DNA of 64,000 nucleotides from Lingula anatina (taxonomy: Eukaryota; Animalia; Brachiopoda): the NCBI GenBank assembly GCA_051362555.1, contig CM120640.1, positions 30,089,967 through 30,153,966 of the forward strand, read 5' to 3'. Shown here piece by piece: positions 23,000-37,900 of this stretch (positions are counted from its first letter, which is position 1; every line of letters begins with the position of its first letter). Position numbers and translations under genes: made by a program. Under the pieces are notes generated by a model. It was given only the letters and a program-made list of their open reading frames with translations, was not told the origin of the DNA and did no database searches.

Positions 23000-25900
23000 A
23001 TAGTAATGATTACAAACAAATAGAGTGACAAAACTGACATAAACAGTGCTCACAATAAATACAAACATCAACAGTAACAACATCAACAAACACAGTAATC
23101 AAAATAAATACAAAGAAACAGTCACAATACATTCATACACAGTGATCAGAATAAATTTTGACATGTACAGTGACAAAAGTATGATTCACCATAATAAGAC
23201 TGAACAAAACGAAAAAGAGTGAAAACGAAGTTGTACAAACATATTCAGTAACAATACAGAATAGACACAGCAGACAGAATATAAAGAGACACATAGAGAT
23301 ACAGTGACAACACCATCATGCAGAGTAATAATAATGATTACAAACAAATAGAGTGACAAAACTGACATAAACAGTGCTCACAATAAATACAAACATCAAC
23401 AGTAACAACATCAACAAACACAGTAATCAAAATAAATGCAAACAAAAAGTCACAAAACAGACATACACAGCGATTAGAAAAAAAATTCACATGTACAGTG
23501 ACAAGAATGAACACAACGAAAAACAGTGAAAAGGAAGTTGTACACAGTCATCTCATAATGTGCAAACACATTCAGTAACAATACATAATAGACACAGCAG
23601 ACAGAATATAAAGAGACACATAGAGATACAGTGACAACACCATCATACAGAGTAATAGTAATGATTACATACAAACACAGTCACAATACAGACATACACA
23701 GTGATCAGAATAAATTTTAACATGTATAGTGACCACACAACCATGCATAGTAACAAGAATAAACACAAATTAATCGGGTGATTACACAGTCATACACAGT
23801 GATCACAATAAATAGAAACATCAACATAAAAAAACTGACATAAACAGTGGTCAAAATAAATATTAACAGGTACAGTGATAATAACATGCACAATAATCAA
23901 AATGAATACAAACAAACACAGTCACAATACAGACATACACAGTGATCAGAATAAATTTTGATATGTCTAGTGACCACAGAACCATGCATAGTTACAAGAA
24001 TAAACAAAAATTAATCGGGTGATTACACAGTCATACACAGTGATCACAATATATATACAAACACATTCAATGACAATACAGAATGGAAACAGTGATCAGA
24101 GTATAAACAGACACATAAACTATAATGACAGTGACATCACCAACATGCACAGTTAAAATAATGACTAAAAATAAATAAACAGACAAAACTGACATCCACA
24201 TTGCTGACAATAGATATAAACACAAACAGTGCCAACGCTAAAATGCACAATGATCAAAATGACTACAAATAGAGTGACAAAACTGACATACACAGTGCTC
24301 ACAATAAATACAAACACGAACAGTGACAAAACAAACATGCACAGTAATCAAAATAAATAAAAACAAGCACAGTCAAAACACAGACATACACAATGATTAG
24401 AAAAAAATCAAATGTACAGTGACAACAGTAACGTGCAACATAATGAGAACGAACACAACGAAAAAATGTAAAAAACATAGCTGCACACAGTCATCACAGT
24501 ATGTACAAACTCATTCAGTAACAATACAGAATAGGCACAGCAAAGATAATGTAAACAGACACATAGACATACAGTGACAACACCATCATGGAGAGTAATA
24601 GTAATGATTACAAACAAATAGAGTGACAAAACTGACATACACAGTGCTCACAATAAATACAAACATCATCAGTAACAACAGCAACAAACACAGTAATCAA
24701 ATTAAATGCAAACAAAAACAGTCACAAAACAGACATACACAGTGATTAGAAAAAAAATTCACATGTACAGTGACAACAGTAACATTCACCGTAATAAGAA
24801 TGAACACAACGAAAAAGAGTGAAAACGAAGTTGTACACAGTCATCTCATAATGTACAAACATATTCAGTAACAATACAGAATAGACACAGCAGACAATAT
24901 AAAGAGACACAGAGATACAGTGACAACACCATCATACAGAGAAATAGTAATGATTACATAGAAACACAGTCACAATACAGACATGCACAGTGATCAGAAT
25001 AAATTTTAACATGTACAATGACCACACAACCATGCATAGTAACAAGAATAAATTAAAACAAACACAGTAAAAATATAGACAAACACAGTAATTAAAAACA
25101 AATTTCACTTGTACAGAGACAACAGTAACATTTGCCGTAATAAGAATGAACACAACGAAAAACAGTGAAAACGAAGTTGTACACAGTCATCTCATAATGT
25201 ACAAACACATTCAGTAACAATACAGAATAGACACAGCAAAGAGAATATAAACAGACACATAGACATACAGTGAAAACACCATCACGCAGAGTAATAGTAA
25301 TGATTACAAACAAATAGAGTGACAAAACTGACATAAACAACATCAACAAACACAGTAATCAAAATAAATGCAAACAAAAAGTCACAAAACAGACATACAC
25401 AGCGATTAGAAAAAAAATTCACATGTACAGTGACAAGAATGAACACAACGAAAAACAGTGAAAAGGAAGTTGTACACAGTCATCTCATAATGTGCAAACA
25501 CATTCAGTAACAATACATAATAGACACAGCAGACAGAATATAAAGAGACACATAGAGATACAGTGACAACACCATCATACAGAGTAATAGTAATGATTAC
25601 ATACAAACACAGTCACAATACAGACATACACAGTGATCAGAATAAATTTTAACATGTATAGTGACCACACAACCATGCATAGTAACAAGAATAAACACAA
25701 ATTAATCGGGTGATTACACAGTCATACACAGTGATCACAATAAATAGAAACATCAACATAAAAAAACTGACATAAACAGTGGTCAAAATAAATATTAACA
25801 GGTACAGTGATAATAACATGCACAATAATCAAAATGAATACAAACAAACACAGTCACAATACAGACATACACAGTGATCAGAATAAATTTTGATATGTCT

Positions 25901-28900
25901 AGTGACCACAGAACCATGCATAGTTACAAGAATAAACAAAAATTAATCGGGTGATTACACAGTCATACACAGTGATCACAATATATATACAAACACATTC
26001 AATGACAATACAGAATGGAAACAGTGATCAGAGTATAAACAGACACATAAACTATAATGACAGTGACATCACCAACATGCACAGTTAAAATAATGACTAA
26101 AAATAAATAAACAGACAAAACTGACATCCACATTGCTGACAATAGATATAAACACAAACAGTGCCAACGCTAAAATGCACAATGATCAAAATGACTACAA
26201 ATAGAGTGACAAAACTGACATACACAGTGCTCACAATAAATACAAACACGAACAGTGACAAAACAAACATGCACAGTAATCAAAATAAATAAAAACAAGC
26301 ACAGTCAAAACACAGACATACACAATGATTAGAAAAAAATCAAATGTACAGTGACAACAGTAACGTGCAACATAATGAGAACGAACACAACGAAAAAATG
26401 TAAAAAACATAGCTGCACACAGTCATCACAGTATGTACAAACTCATTCAGTAACAATACAGAATAGGCACAGCAAAGATAATGTAAACAGACACATAGAC
26501 ATACAGTGACAACACCATCATGGAGAGTAATAGTAATGATTACAAACAAATAGAGTGACAAAACTGACATACACAGTGCTCACAATAAATACAAACATCA
26601 TCAGTAACAACAGCAACAAACACAGTAATCAAATTAAATGCAAACAAAAACAGTCACAAAACAGACATACACAGTGATTAGAAAAAAAATTCACATGTAC
26701 AGTGACAACAGTAACATTCACCGTAATAAGAATGAACACAACGAAAAAGAGTGAAAACGAAGTTGTACACAGTCATCTCATAATGTACAAACATATTCAG
26801 TAACAATACAGAATAGACACAGCAGACAATATAAAGAGACACAGAGATACAGTGACAACACCATCATACAGAGAAATAGTAATGATTACATAGAAACACA
26901 GTCACAATACAGACATGCACAGTGATCAGAATAAATTTTAACATGTACAATGACCACACAACCATGCATAGTAACAAGAATAAATTAAAACAAACACAGT
27001 AAAAATATAGACAAACACAGTAATTAAAAACAAATTTCACTTGTACAGAGACAACAGTAACATTTGCCGTAATAAGAATGAACACAACGAAAAACAGTGA
27101 AAACGAAGTTGTACACAGTCATCTCATAATGTACAAACACATTCAGTAACAATACAGAATAGACACAGCAAAGAGAATATAAACAGACACATAGACATAC
27201 AGTGAAAACACCATCACGCAGAGTAATAGTAATGATTACAAACAAATAGAGTGACAAAACTGACATAAACAGTGCTCACAATAAATACAAACATCAACAG
27301 TAACAACATCAACAAACACAGTAATCAAAATAAATACAAAGAAACACAGTCACAATACATTCATACACAGTGATCAGAATAAATTTTGACATGTACAGTG
27401 ACAAAAGTAAGATTCACCATAATAAGACTGAACAAAACGAAAAAGAGTGAAAACGAAGTTGTACAAACATATTCAGTAACAATACAGAATAGACACAGCA
27501 GACAGAATATAAAGAGACACATAGAAATACAGTGACAACACCATCATGCAGAGTAATAATAATGATTACAAACAAATAGAGTGACAAAACTGACATAAAC
27601 AGTGCTCACAATAAATACAAACATCAACAGTAACAACATCAACAAACACAGTAATCAAAATAAATGCAAACAAAAAGTCACAAAACAGACATACACAGCG
27701 ATTAGAAAAAAAATTCACATGTACAGTGACAAGAATGAACACAACGAAAAACAGTGAAAAGGAAGTTGTACACAGTCATCTCATAATGTGCAAACACATT
27801 CAGTAACAATACATAATAGACACAGCAGACAGAATATAAAGAGACACATAGAGATACAGTGACAACACCATCATACAGAGTAATAGTAATGATTACATAC
27901 AAACACAGTCACAATACAGACATACACAGTGATCAGAATAAATTTTAACATGTATAGTGACCACACAACCATGCATAGTAACAAGAATAAACACAAATTA
28001 ATCGGGTGATTACACAGTCATACACAGTGATCACAATAAATAGAAACATCAACATAAAAAAACTGACATAAACAGTGGTCAAAATAAATATTAACAGGTA
28101 CAGTGATAATAACATGCACAATAATCAAAATGAATACAAACAAACACAGTCACAATACAGACATACACAGTGATCAGAATAAATTTTGATATGTCTAGTG
28201 ACCACAGAACCATGCATAGTTACAAGAATAAACAAAAATTAATCGGGTGATTACACAGTCATACACAGTGATCACAATATATATACAAACACATTCAATG
28301 ACAATACAGAATGGAAACAGTGATCAGAGTATAAACAGACACATAAACTATAATGACAGTGACATCACCAACATGCACAGTTAAAATAATGACTAAAAAT
28401 AAATAAACAGACAAAACTGACATCCACATTGCTGACAATAGATATAAACACAAACAGTGCCAACGCTAAAATGCACAATGATCAAAATGACTACAAATAG
28501 AGTGACAAAACTGACATACACAGTGCTCACAATAAATACAAACACGAACAGTGACAAAACAAACATGCACAGTAATCAAAATAAATAAAAACAAGCACAG
28601 TCAAAACACAGACATACACAATGATTAGAAAAAAATCAAATGTACAGTGACAACAGTAACGTGCAACATAATGAGAACGAACACAACGAAAAAATGTAAA
28701 AAACATAGCTGCACACAGTCATCACAGTATGTACAAACTCATTCAGTAACAATACAGAATAGGCACAGCAAAGATAATGTAAACAGACACATAGACATAC
28801 AGTGACAACACCATCATGGAGAGTAATAGTAATGATTACAAACAAATAGAGTGACAAAACTGACATACACAGTGCTCACAATAAATACAAACATCATCAG

Positions 28901-31900
28901 TAACAACAGCAACAAACACAGTAATCAAATTAAATGCAAACAAAAACAGTCACAAAACAGACATACACAGTGATTAGAAAAAAAATTCACATGTACAGTG
29001 ACAACAGTAACATTCACCGTAATAAGAATGAACACAACGAAAAAGAGTGAAAACGAAGTTGTACACAGTCATCTCATAATGTACAAACATATTCAGTAAC
29101 AATACAGAATAGACACAGCAGACAATATAAAGAGACACAGAGATACAGTGACAACACCATCATACAGAGAAATAGTAATGATTACATAGAAACACAGTCA
29201 CAATACAGACATGCACAGTGATCAGAATAAATTTTAACATGTACAATGACCACACAACCATGCATAGTAACAAGAATAAATTAAAACAAACACAGTAAAA
29301 ATATAGACAAACACAGTAATTAAAAACAAATTTCACTTGTACAGAGACAACAGTAACATTTGCCGTAATAAGAATGAACACAACGAAAAACAGTGAAAAC
29401 GAAGTTGTACACAGTCATCTCATAATGTACAAACACATTCAGTAACAATACAGAATAGACACAGCAAAGAGAATATAAACAGACACATAGACATACAGTG
29501 AAAACACCATCACGCAGAGTAATAGTAATGATTACAAACAAATAGAGTGACAAAACTGACATAAACAGTGCTCACAATAAATACAAACATCAACAGTAAC
29601 AACATCAACAAACACAGTAATCAAAATAAATACAAAGAAACACAGTCACAATACATTCATACACAGTGATCAGAATAAATTTTGACATGTACAGTGACAA
29701 AAGTAAGATTCACCATAATAAGACTGAACAAAACGAAAAAGAGTGAAAACGAAGTTGTACAAACATATTCAGTAACAATACAGAATAGACACAGCAGACA
29801 GAATATAAAGAGACACATAGAGATACAGTGACAACACCATCATGGAGAGTAATAGTAATGATTACAAACAAATAGAGTGACAAAACTGACATAAACAGTG
29901 CTCACAATAAATACAAACATCAACAGTAACAACATCAACAAACACAGTAATCAAAATAAATGCAAACAAAAAGTCACAAAACAGACATACACAGCGATTA
30001 GAAAAAAAATTCACATGTACAGTGACAAGAATGAACACAACGAAAAACAGTGAAAAGGAAGTTGTACACAGTCATCTCATAATGTGCAAACACATTCAGT
30101 AACAATACATAATAGACACAGCAGACAGAATATAAAGAGACACATAGAGATACAGTGACAACACCATCATACAGAGTAATAGTAATGATTACATACAAAC
30201 ACAGTCACAATACAGACATACACAGTGATCAGAATAAATTTTAACATGTATAGTGACCACACAACCATGCATAGTAACAAGAATAAACACAAATTAATCG
30301 GGTGATTACACAGTCATACACAGTGATCACAATAAATAGAAACATCAACATAAAAAAACTGACATAAACAGTGGTCAAAATAAATATTAACAGGTACAGT
30401 GATAATAACATGCACAATAATCAAAATGAATACAAACAAACACAGTCACAATACAGACATACACAGTGATCAGAATAAATTTTGATATGTCCAGTGACCA
30501 CAGAACCATGCATAGTTACAAGAATAAACAAAAATTAATCGGGTGATTACACAGTCATACACAGTGATCACAATATATATACAAACACATTCAATGACAA
30601 TACAGAATGGAAACAGTGATCAGAGTATAAACAGACACATAAACTATAATGACAGTGACATCACCAACATGCACAGTTAAAATAATGACTAAAAATAAAT
30701 AAACAGACAAAACTGACATCCACATTGCTGACAATAGATATAAACACAAACAGTGCCAACGCTAAAATGCACAATGATCAAAATGACTACAAATAGAGTG
30801 ACAAAACTGACATACACAGTGCTCACAATAAATACAAACACGAACAGTGACAAAACAAACATGCACAGTAATCAAAATAAATAAAAACAAGCACAGTCAA
30901 AACACAGACATACACAATGATTAGAAAAAAATCAAATGTACAGTGACAACAGTAACGTGCAACATGAGAACGAACACAACGAAAAAATGTAAAAAACATA
31001 GCTGCACACAGTCATCACAGTATGTACAAACTCATTCAGTAACAATACAGAATAGGCACAGCAAAGATAATGTAAACAGACACATAGACATACAGTGACA
31101 ACACCATCATGGAGAGTAAAAGTAATGATTACAAACAAATAGAGTGACAAAACTGACATACACAGTGCTCACAATAAATACAAACATCATCAGTAACAAC
31201 AGCAACAAACACAGTAATCAAATTAAATGCAAACAAAAACAGTCACAAAACAGACATACACAGTGATTAGGAAAAAAATTCACATGTACAGTGACAACAG
31301 TAACATTCACCGTAATAAGAATGAACACAACGAAAAACAGTGAAAACGAAGTTGTACACAGTCATCTCATAATGTACAAACATATTCAGTAACAATACAG
31401 AATAGACACAGCAGACAATATAAAGAGACACAGAGATACAGTGACAACACCATCATACAGAGAAATAGTAATGATTACATAGAAACACAGTCACAATACA
31501 GACATGCACAGTGATCAGAATAAATTTTAACATGTACAATGACCACACAACCATGCATAGTAACAAGAATAAATTAAAACAAACACAGTAAAAATATAGA
31601 CAAACACAGTAATTAAAAACAAATTTCACTTGTACAGAGACAACAGTAACATTTGCCGTAATAAGAATGAACACAACGAAAAACAGTGAAAACGAAGTTG
31701 TACACAGTCATCTCATAATGTACAAACACATTCAGTAACAATACAGAATAGACACAGCAAAGAGAATATAAACAGACACATAGACATACAGTGAAAACAC
31801 CATCACGCAGAGTAATAGTAATGATTACAAACAAATAGAGTGACAAAACTGACATAACAGTGCTCACAACAAATACAAACATCAACAGTAACAACACCAA

Positions 31901-34900
31901 CATACACAGTAATCAAAATAAATACAAAGAAACACAGTCACAATACATTCATACACAGTGATCAGAATAAATTTTGACATGTACAGTGACAAAAGTAAGA
32001 TTCACCATAATAAGACTGAACAAAACGAAAAAGAGTGAAAACGAAGTTGTACACAGTCATCTCATAATGTACAAACATATTCAGTAACAATACAGAATAG
32101 ACACAGCAGACAGAATATAAAGAGACACATAGAGATACAGTGACAACACCATCATGCAGAGTAATAATAATGATTACAAACAAATAGAGTGACAAAACTG
32201 ACATAAACAGTGCTCACAATAAATACAAACATCAACAGTAACAACATCAACAAACACAGTAATCAAAATAAATGCAAACAAAAAGTCACAAAACAGACAT
32301 ACACAGCGATTAGAAAAAAAATTCACATGTACAGTGACAAGAATGAACACAACGAAAAACAGTGAAAAGGAAGTTGTACACAGTCATCTCATAATGTGCA
32401 AACACATTCAGTAACAATACATAATAGACACAGCAGACAGAATATAAAGAGACACATAGAGATACAGTGACAACACCATCATACAGAGTAATAGTAATGA
32501 TTACATACAAACACAGTCACAATACAGACATACACAGTGATCAGAATAAATTTTAACATGTATAGTGACCACACAACCATGCATAGTAACAAGAATAAAC
32601 ACAAATTAATCGGGTGATTACACAGTCATACACAGTGATCACAATAAATAGAAACATCAACATAAAAAAACTGACATAAACAGTGGTCAAAATAAATATT
32701 AACAGGTACAGTGATAATAACATGCACAATAATCAAAATGAATACAAACAAACACAGTCACAATACAGACATACACAGTGATCAGAATAAATTTTGATAT
32801 GTCCAGTGACCACAGAACCATGCATAGTTACAAGAATAAACAAAAATTAATCGGGTGATTACACAGTCATACACAGTGATCACAATATATATATACAAAC
32901 ACATTCAATGACAATACAGAATGGAAACAGTGATCAGAGTATAAACAGACACATAAACTATAATGACAGTGACATCACCAACATGCACAGTTAAAATAAT
33001 GACTAAAAATAAATAAACAGACAAAACTGACATCCACATTGCTGACAATAGATATAAACACAAACAGTGCCAACGCTAAAATGCACAATGATCAAAATGA
33101 CTACAAATAGAGTGACAAAACTGACATACACAGTGCTCACAATAAATACAAACACGAACAGTGACAAAACAAACATGCACAGTAATCAAAATAAATAAAA
33201 ACAAGCACAGTCAAAACACAGACATACACAATGATTAGAAAAAAATCAAATGTACAGTGACAACAGTAACGTGCAACATAATGAGAACGAACACAACGAA
33301 AAAATGTAAAAAACATAGCTGCACACAGTCATCACAGTATGTACAAACTCATTCAGTAACAATACAGAATAGGCACAGCAAAGATAATGTAAACAGACAC
33401 ATAGACATACAGTGACAACACCATCATGGAGAGTAATAGTAATGATTACAAACAAATAGAGTGACAAAACTGACATACACAGTGCTCACAATAAATACAA
33501 ACATCATCAGTAACAACAGCAACAAACACAGTAATCAAATTAAATGCAAACAAAAACAGTCACAAAACAGACATACACAGTGATTAGAAAAAAAATTCAC
33601 ATGTACAGTGACAACAGTAACATTCACCGTAATAAGAATGAACACAACGAAAAACAGTGAAAACGAAGTTGTACACAGTCATCTCATAATGTACAAACAT
33701 ATTCAGTAACAATACAGAATAGACACAGCAGACAATATAAAGAGACACAGAGATACAGTGACAACACCATCATACAGAGAAATAGTAATGATTACATAGA
33801 AACACAGTCACAATACAGACATGCACAGTGATCAGAATAAATTTTAACATGTACAATGACCACACAACCATGCATAGTAACAAGAATAAATTAAAACAAA
33901 CACAGTAAAAATATAGACAAACACAGTAATTAAAAACAAATTTCACTTGTACAGAGACAACAGTAACATTTGCCGTAATAAGAATGAACACAACGAAAAA
34001 CAGTGAAAACGAAGTTGTACACAGTCATCTCATAATGTACAAACACATTCAGTAACAATACAGAATAGACACAGCAAAGAGAATATAAACAGACACATAG
34101 ACATACAGTGAAAACACCATCACGCAGAGTAATAGTAATGATTACAAACAAATAGAGTGACAAAACTGACATAACAGTGCTCACAATAAATACAAACATC
34201 AACAGTAACAACACCAACATACACAGTAATCAAAATAAATACAAAGAAACACAGTCACAATACATTCATACACAGTGATCAGAATAAATTTTGACATGTA
34301 CAGTGACAAAAGTAAGATTCACCATAATAAGACTGAACAAAACGAAAAAGAGTGAAAACGAAGTTGTACACAGTCATCTCATAATGTACAAACATATTCA
34401 GTAACAATACAGAATAGACACAGCAGACAGAATATAAAGAGACACATAGAGATACAGTGACAACACCATCATGCAGAGTAATAATAATGATTACAAACAA
34501 ATAGAGTGACAAAACTGACATAAACAGTGCTCACAATAAATACAAACATCAACAGTAACAACATCAAAAAACACAGTAATCAAAATAAATGCAAACAAAA
34601 AGTCACAAAACAGACATACACAGCGATTAGAAAAAAAATTCACATGTACAGTGACAAGAATGAACACAACAAAAAACAGTGAAAACGAAGTTGTACACAG
34701 TCATCTCATAATGTACAAACACATTCAGTAACAATACAGAATAGACACAGCAAAGAGAATATAAACAGACACATAGACATACAGTGAAAACACCATCACG
34801 CAGAGTAATAGTAATGATTACAAACAAATAGAGTGACAAAACTGACATAAACAGTGCTCACAATAAATACAAACATCAACAGTAACAACACCAACAAACA

Positions 34901-37900
34901 GTAATCAAAATAAATACAAAGAAACACAGTCACAATACATTCATACACAGTGATCAGAATAAATTTTGACATGTACAGTGACAAAAGTAAGATTCACCAT
35001 AATAAGACTGAACAAAACGAAAAAGAGTGAAAACGAAGTTGTACACAGTCATCTCATAATGTAGAAACATATTCAGTAACAATACAGAATAGACACAGCA
35101 GACAGAATATAAAGAGACACATAGAGATACAGTGACAACACCATCATGCAGAGTAATAATAATGATTACAAACAAATAGAGTGACAAAACTGACATAAAC
35201 AGTGCTCACAATAAATACAAACATCAACAGTAACAACATCAACAAACACAGTAATCAAAATAAATGCAAACAAAAAGTCACAAAACAGACATACACAGCG
35301 ATTAGAAAAAAAATTCACATGTACAGTGACAAGAATGAACACAACGAAAAACAGTGAAAAGGAAGTTGTACACAGTCATCTCATAATGTGCAAACACATT
35401 CAGTAACAATACATAATAGACACAGCAGACAGAATATAAAGAGACACATAGAGATACAGTGACAACACCATCATACAGAGTAATAGTAATGATTACATAC
35501 AAACACAGTCACAATACAGACATACACAGTGATCAGAATAAACTTTAACATGTATAGTGACCACACAACCATGCATAGTAACAAGAATAAACACAAATTA
35601 ATCGGGTGATTACACAGTCATACACAGTGATCACAATAAATAGAAACATCAACATAAAAAAACTGACATAAACAGTGGTCAAAATAAATATTAACAGGTA
35701 CAGTGATAATAACATGCACAATAATCAAAATGAATACAAACAAACACAGTCACAATACAGACATACACAGTGATCAGAATAAATTTTGATATGTCCAGTG
35801 ACCACAGAACCATGCATAGTTACAAGAATAAACAAAAATTAATCGGGTGATTACACAGTCATACACAGTGATCACAATATATATATACAAACACATTCAA
35901 TGACAATACAGAATGGAAACAGTGATCAGAGTATAAACAGACACATAAACTATAATGACAGTGACATCACCAACATGCACAGTTAAAATAATGACTAAAA
36001 ATAAATAAACAGACAAAACTGACATCCACATTGCTGACAATAGATATAAACACAAACAGTGCCAACGCTAAAATGCACAATGATCAAAATGACTACAAAT
36101 AGAGTGACAAAACTGACATACACAGTGCTCACAATAAATACAAACACGAACAGTGACAAAACAAACATGCACAGTAATCAAAATAAATAAAAACAAGCAC
36201 AGTCAAAACACAGACATACACAATGATTAGAAAAAAATCAAATGTACAGTGACAACAGTAACGTGCAACATAATGAGAACGAACACAACGAAAAAATGTA
36301 AAAAACATAGCTGCACACAGTCATCACAGTATGTACAAACTCATTCAGTAACAATACAGAATAGGCACAGCAAAGATAATGTAAACAGACACATAGACAT
36401 ACAGTGACAACACCATCATGGAGAGTAATAGTAATGATTACAAACAAATAGAGTGACAAAACTGACATACACAGTGCTCACAATAAATACAAACATCATC
36501 AGTAACAACAGCAACAAACACAGTAATCAAATTAAATGCAAACAAAAACAGTCACAAAACAGACATACACAGTGATTAGAAAAAAAATTCACATGTACAG
36601 TGACAACAGTAACATTCACCGTAATAAGAATGAACACAACGAAAAACAGTGAAAACGAAGTTGTACACAGTCATCTCATAATGTACAAACATATTCAGTA
36701 ACAATACAGAATAGACACAGCAGACAATATAAAGAGACACAGAGATACAGTGACAACACCATCATACAGAGAAATAGTAATGATTACATAGAAACACAGT
36801 CACAATACAGACATGCACAGTGATCAGAATAAATTTTAACATGTACAATGACCACACAACCATGCATAGTAACAAGAATAAATTAAAACAAACACAGTAA
36901 AAATATAGACAAACACAGTAATTAAAAACAAATTTCACTTGTACAGAGACAACAGTAACATTTGCCGTAATAAGAATGAACACAACGAAAAACAGTGAAA
37001 ACGAAGTTGTACACAGTCATCTCATAATGTACAAACACATTCAGTAACAATACAGAATAGACACAGCAAAGAGAATATAAACAGACACATAGACATACAG
37101 TGAAAACACCATCACGCAGAGTAATAGTAATGATTACAAACAAATAGAGTGACAAAACTGACATAACAGTGCTCACAATAAATACAAACATCAACAGTAA
37201 CAACACCAACATAAACAGTAATCAAAATAAATACAAAGAAACACAGTCACAATACATTCATACACAGTGATCAGAATAAATTTTGACATGTACAGTGACA
37301 AAAGTAAGATTCACCATAATAAGACTGAACAAAACGAAAAAGAGTGAAAACGAAGTTGTACACAGTCATCTCATAATGTACAAACATATTCAGTAACAAT
37401 ACAGAATAGACACAGCAGACAGAATATAAAGAGACACATAGAGATACAGTGACAACACCATCATGCAGAGTAATAATAATGATTACAAACAAATAGAGTG
37501 ACAAAACTGACATAAACAGTGCTCACAATAAATACAAACATCAACAGTAACAACATCAAAAAACACAGTAATCAAAATAAATGCAAACAAAAAGTCACAA
37601 AACAGACATACACAGCGATTAGAAAAAAAATTCACATGTACAGTGACAAGAATGAACACAACGAAAAACAGTGAAAACGAAGTTGTACACAGTCATCTCA
37701 TAATGTACAAACACATTCAGTAACAATACAGAATAGACACAGCAAAGAGAATATAAACAGACACATAGACATACAGTGAAAACACCATCATGCAGAGTAA
37801 TAGTAATGATTACAAACAAATAGAGTGACAAAACTGACATAAACAGTGCTCACAATAAATACAAACATCAACAGTAACAACACCAACAAACAGTAATCAA

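Larger units (their letters stand above)
14235..23000 (-). repeat. Moderately diverged satellite (transition zone), interrupted by an LTR element
   Basis: ~349-bp monomers with irregular order and many private variants; local 703-bp offset duplication (ORFs 15999/16702). Confidence 0.92.
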
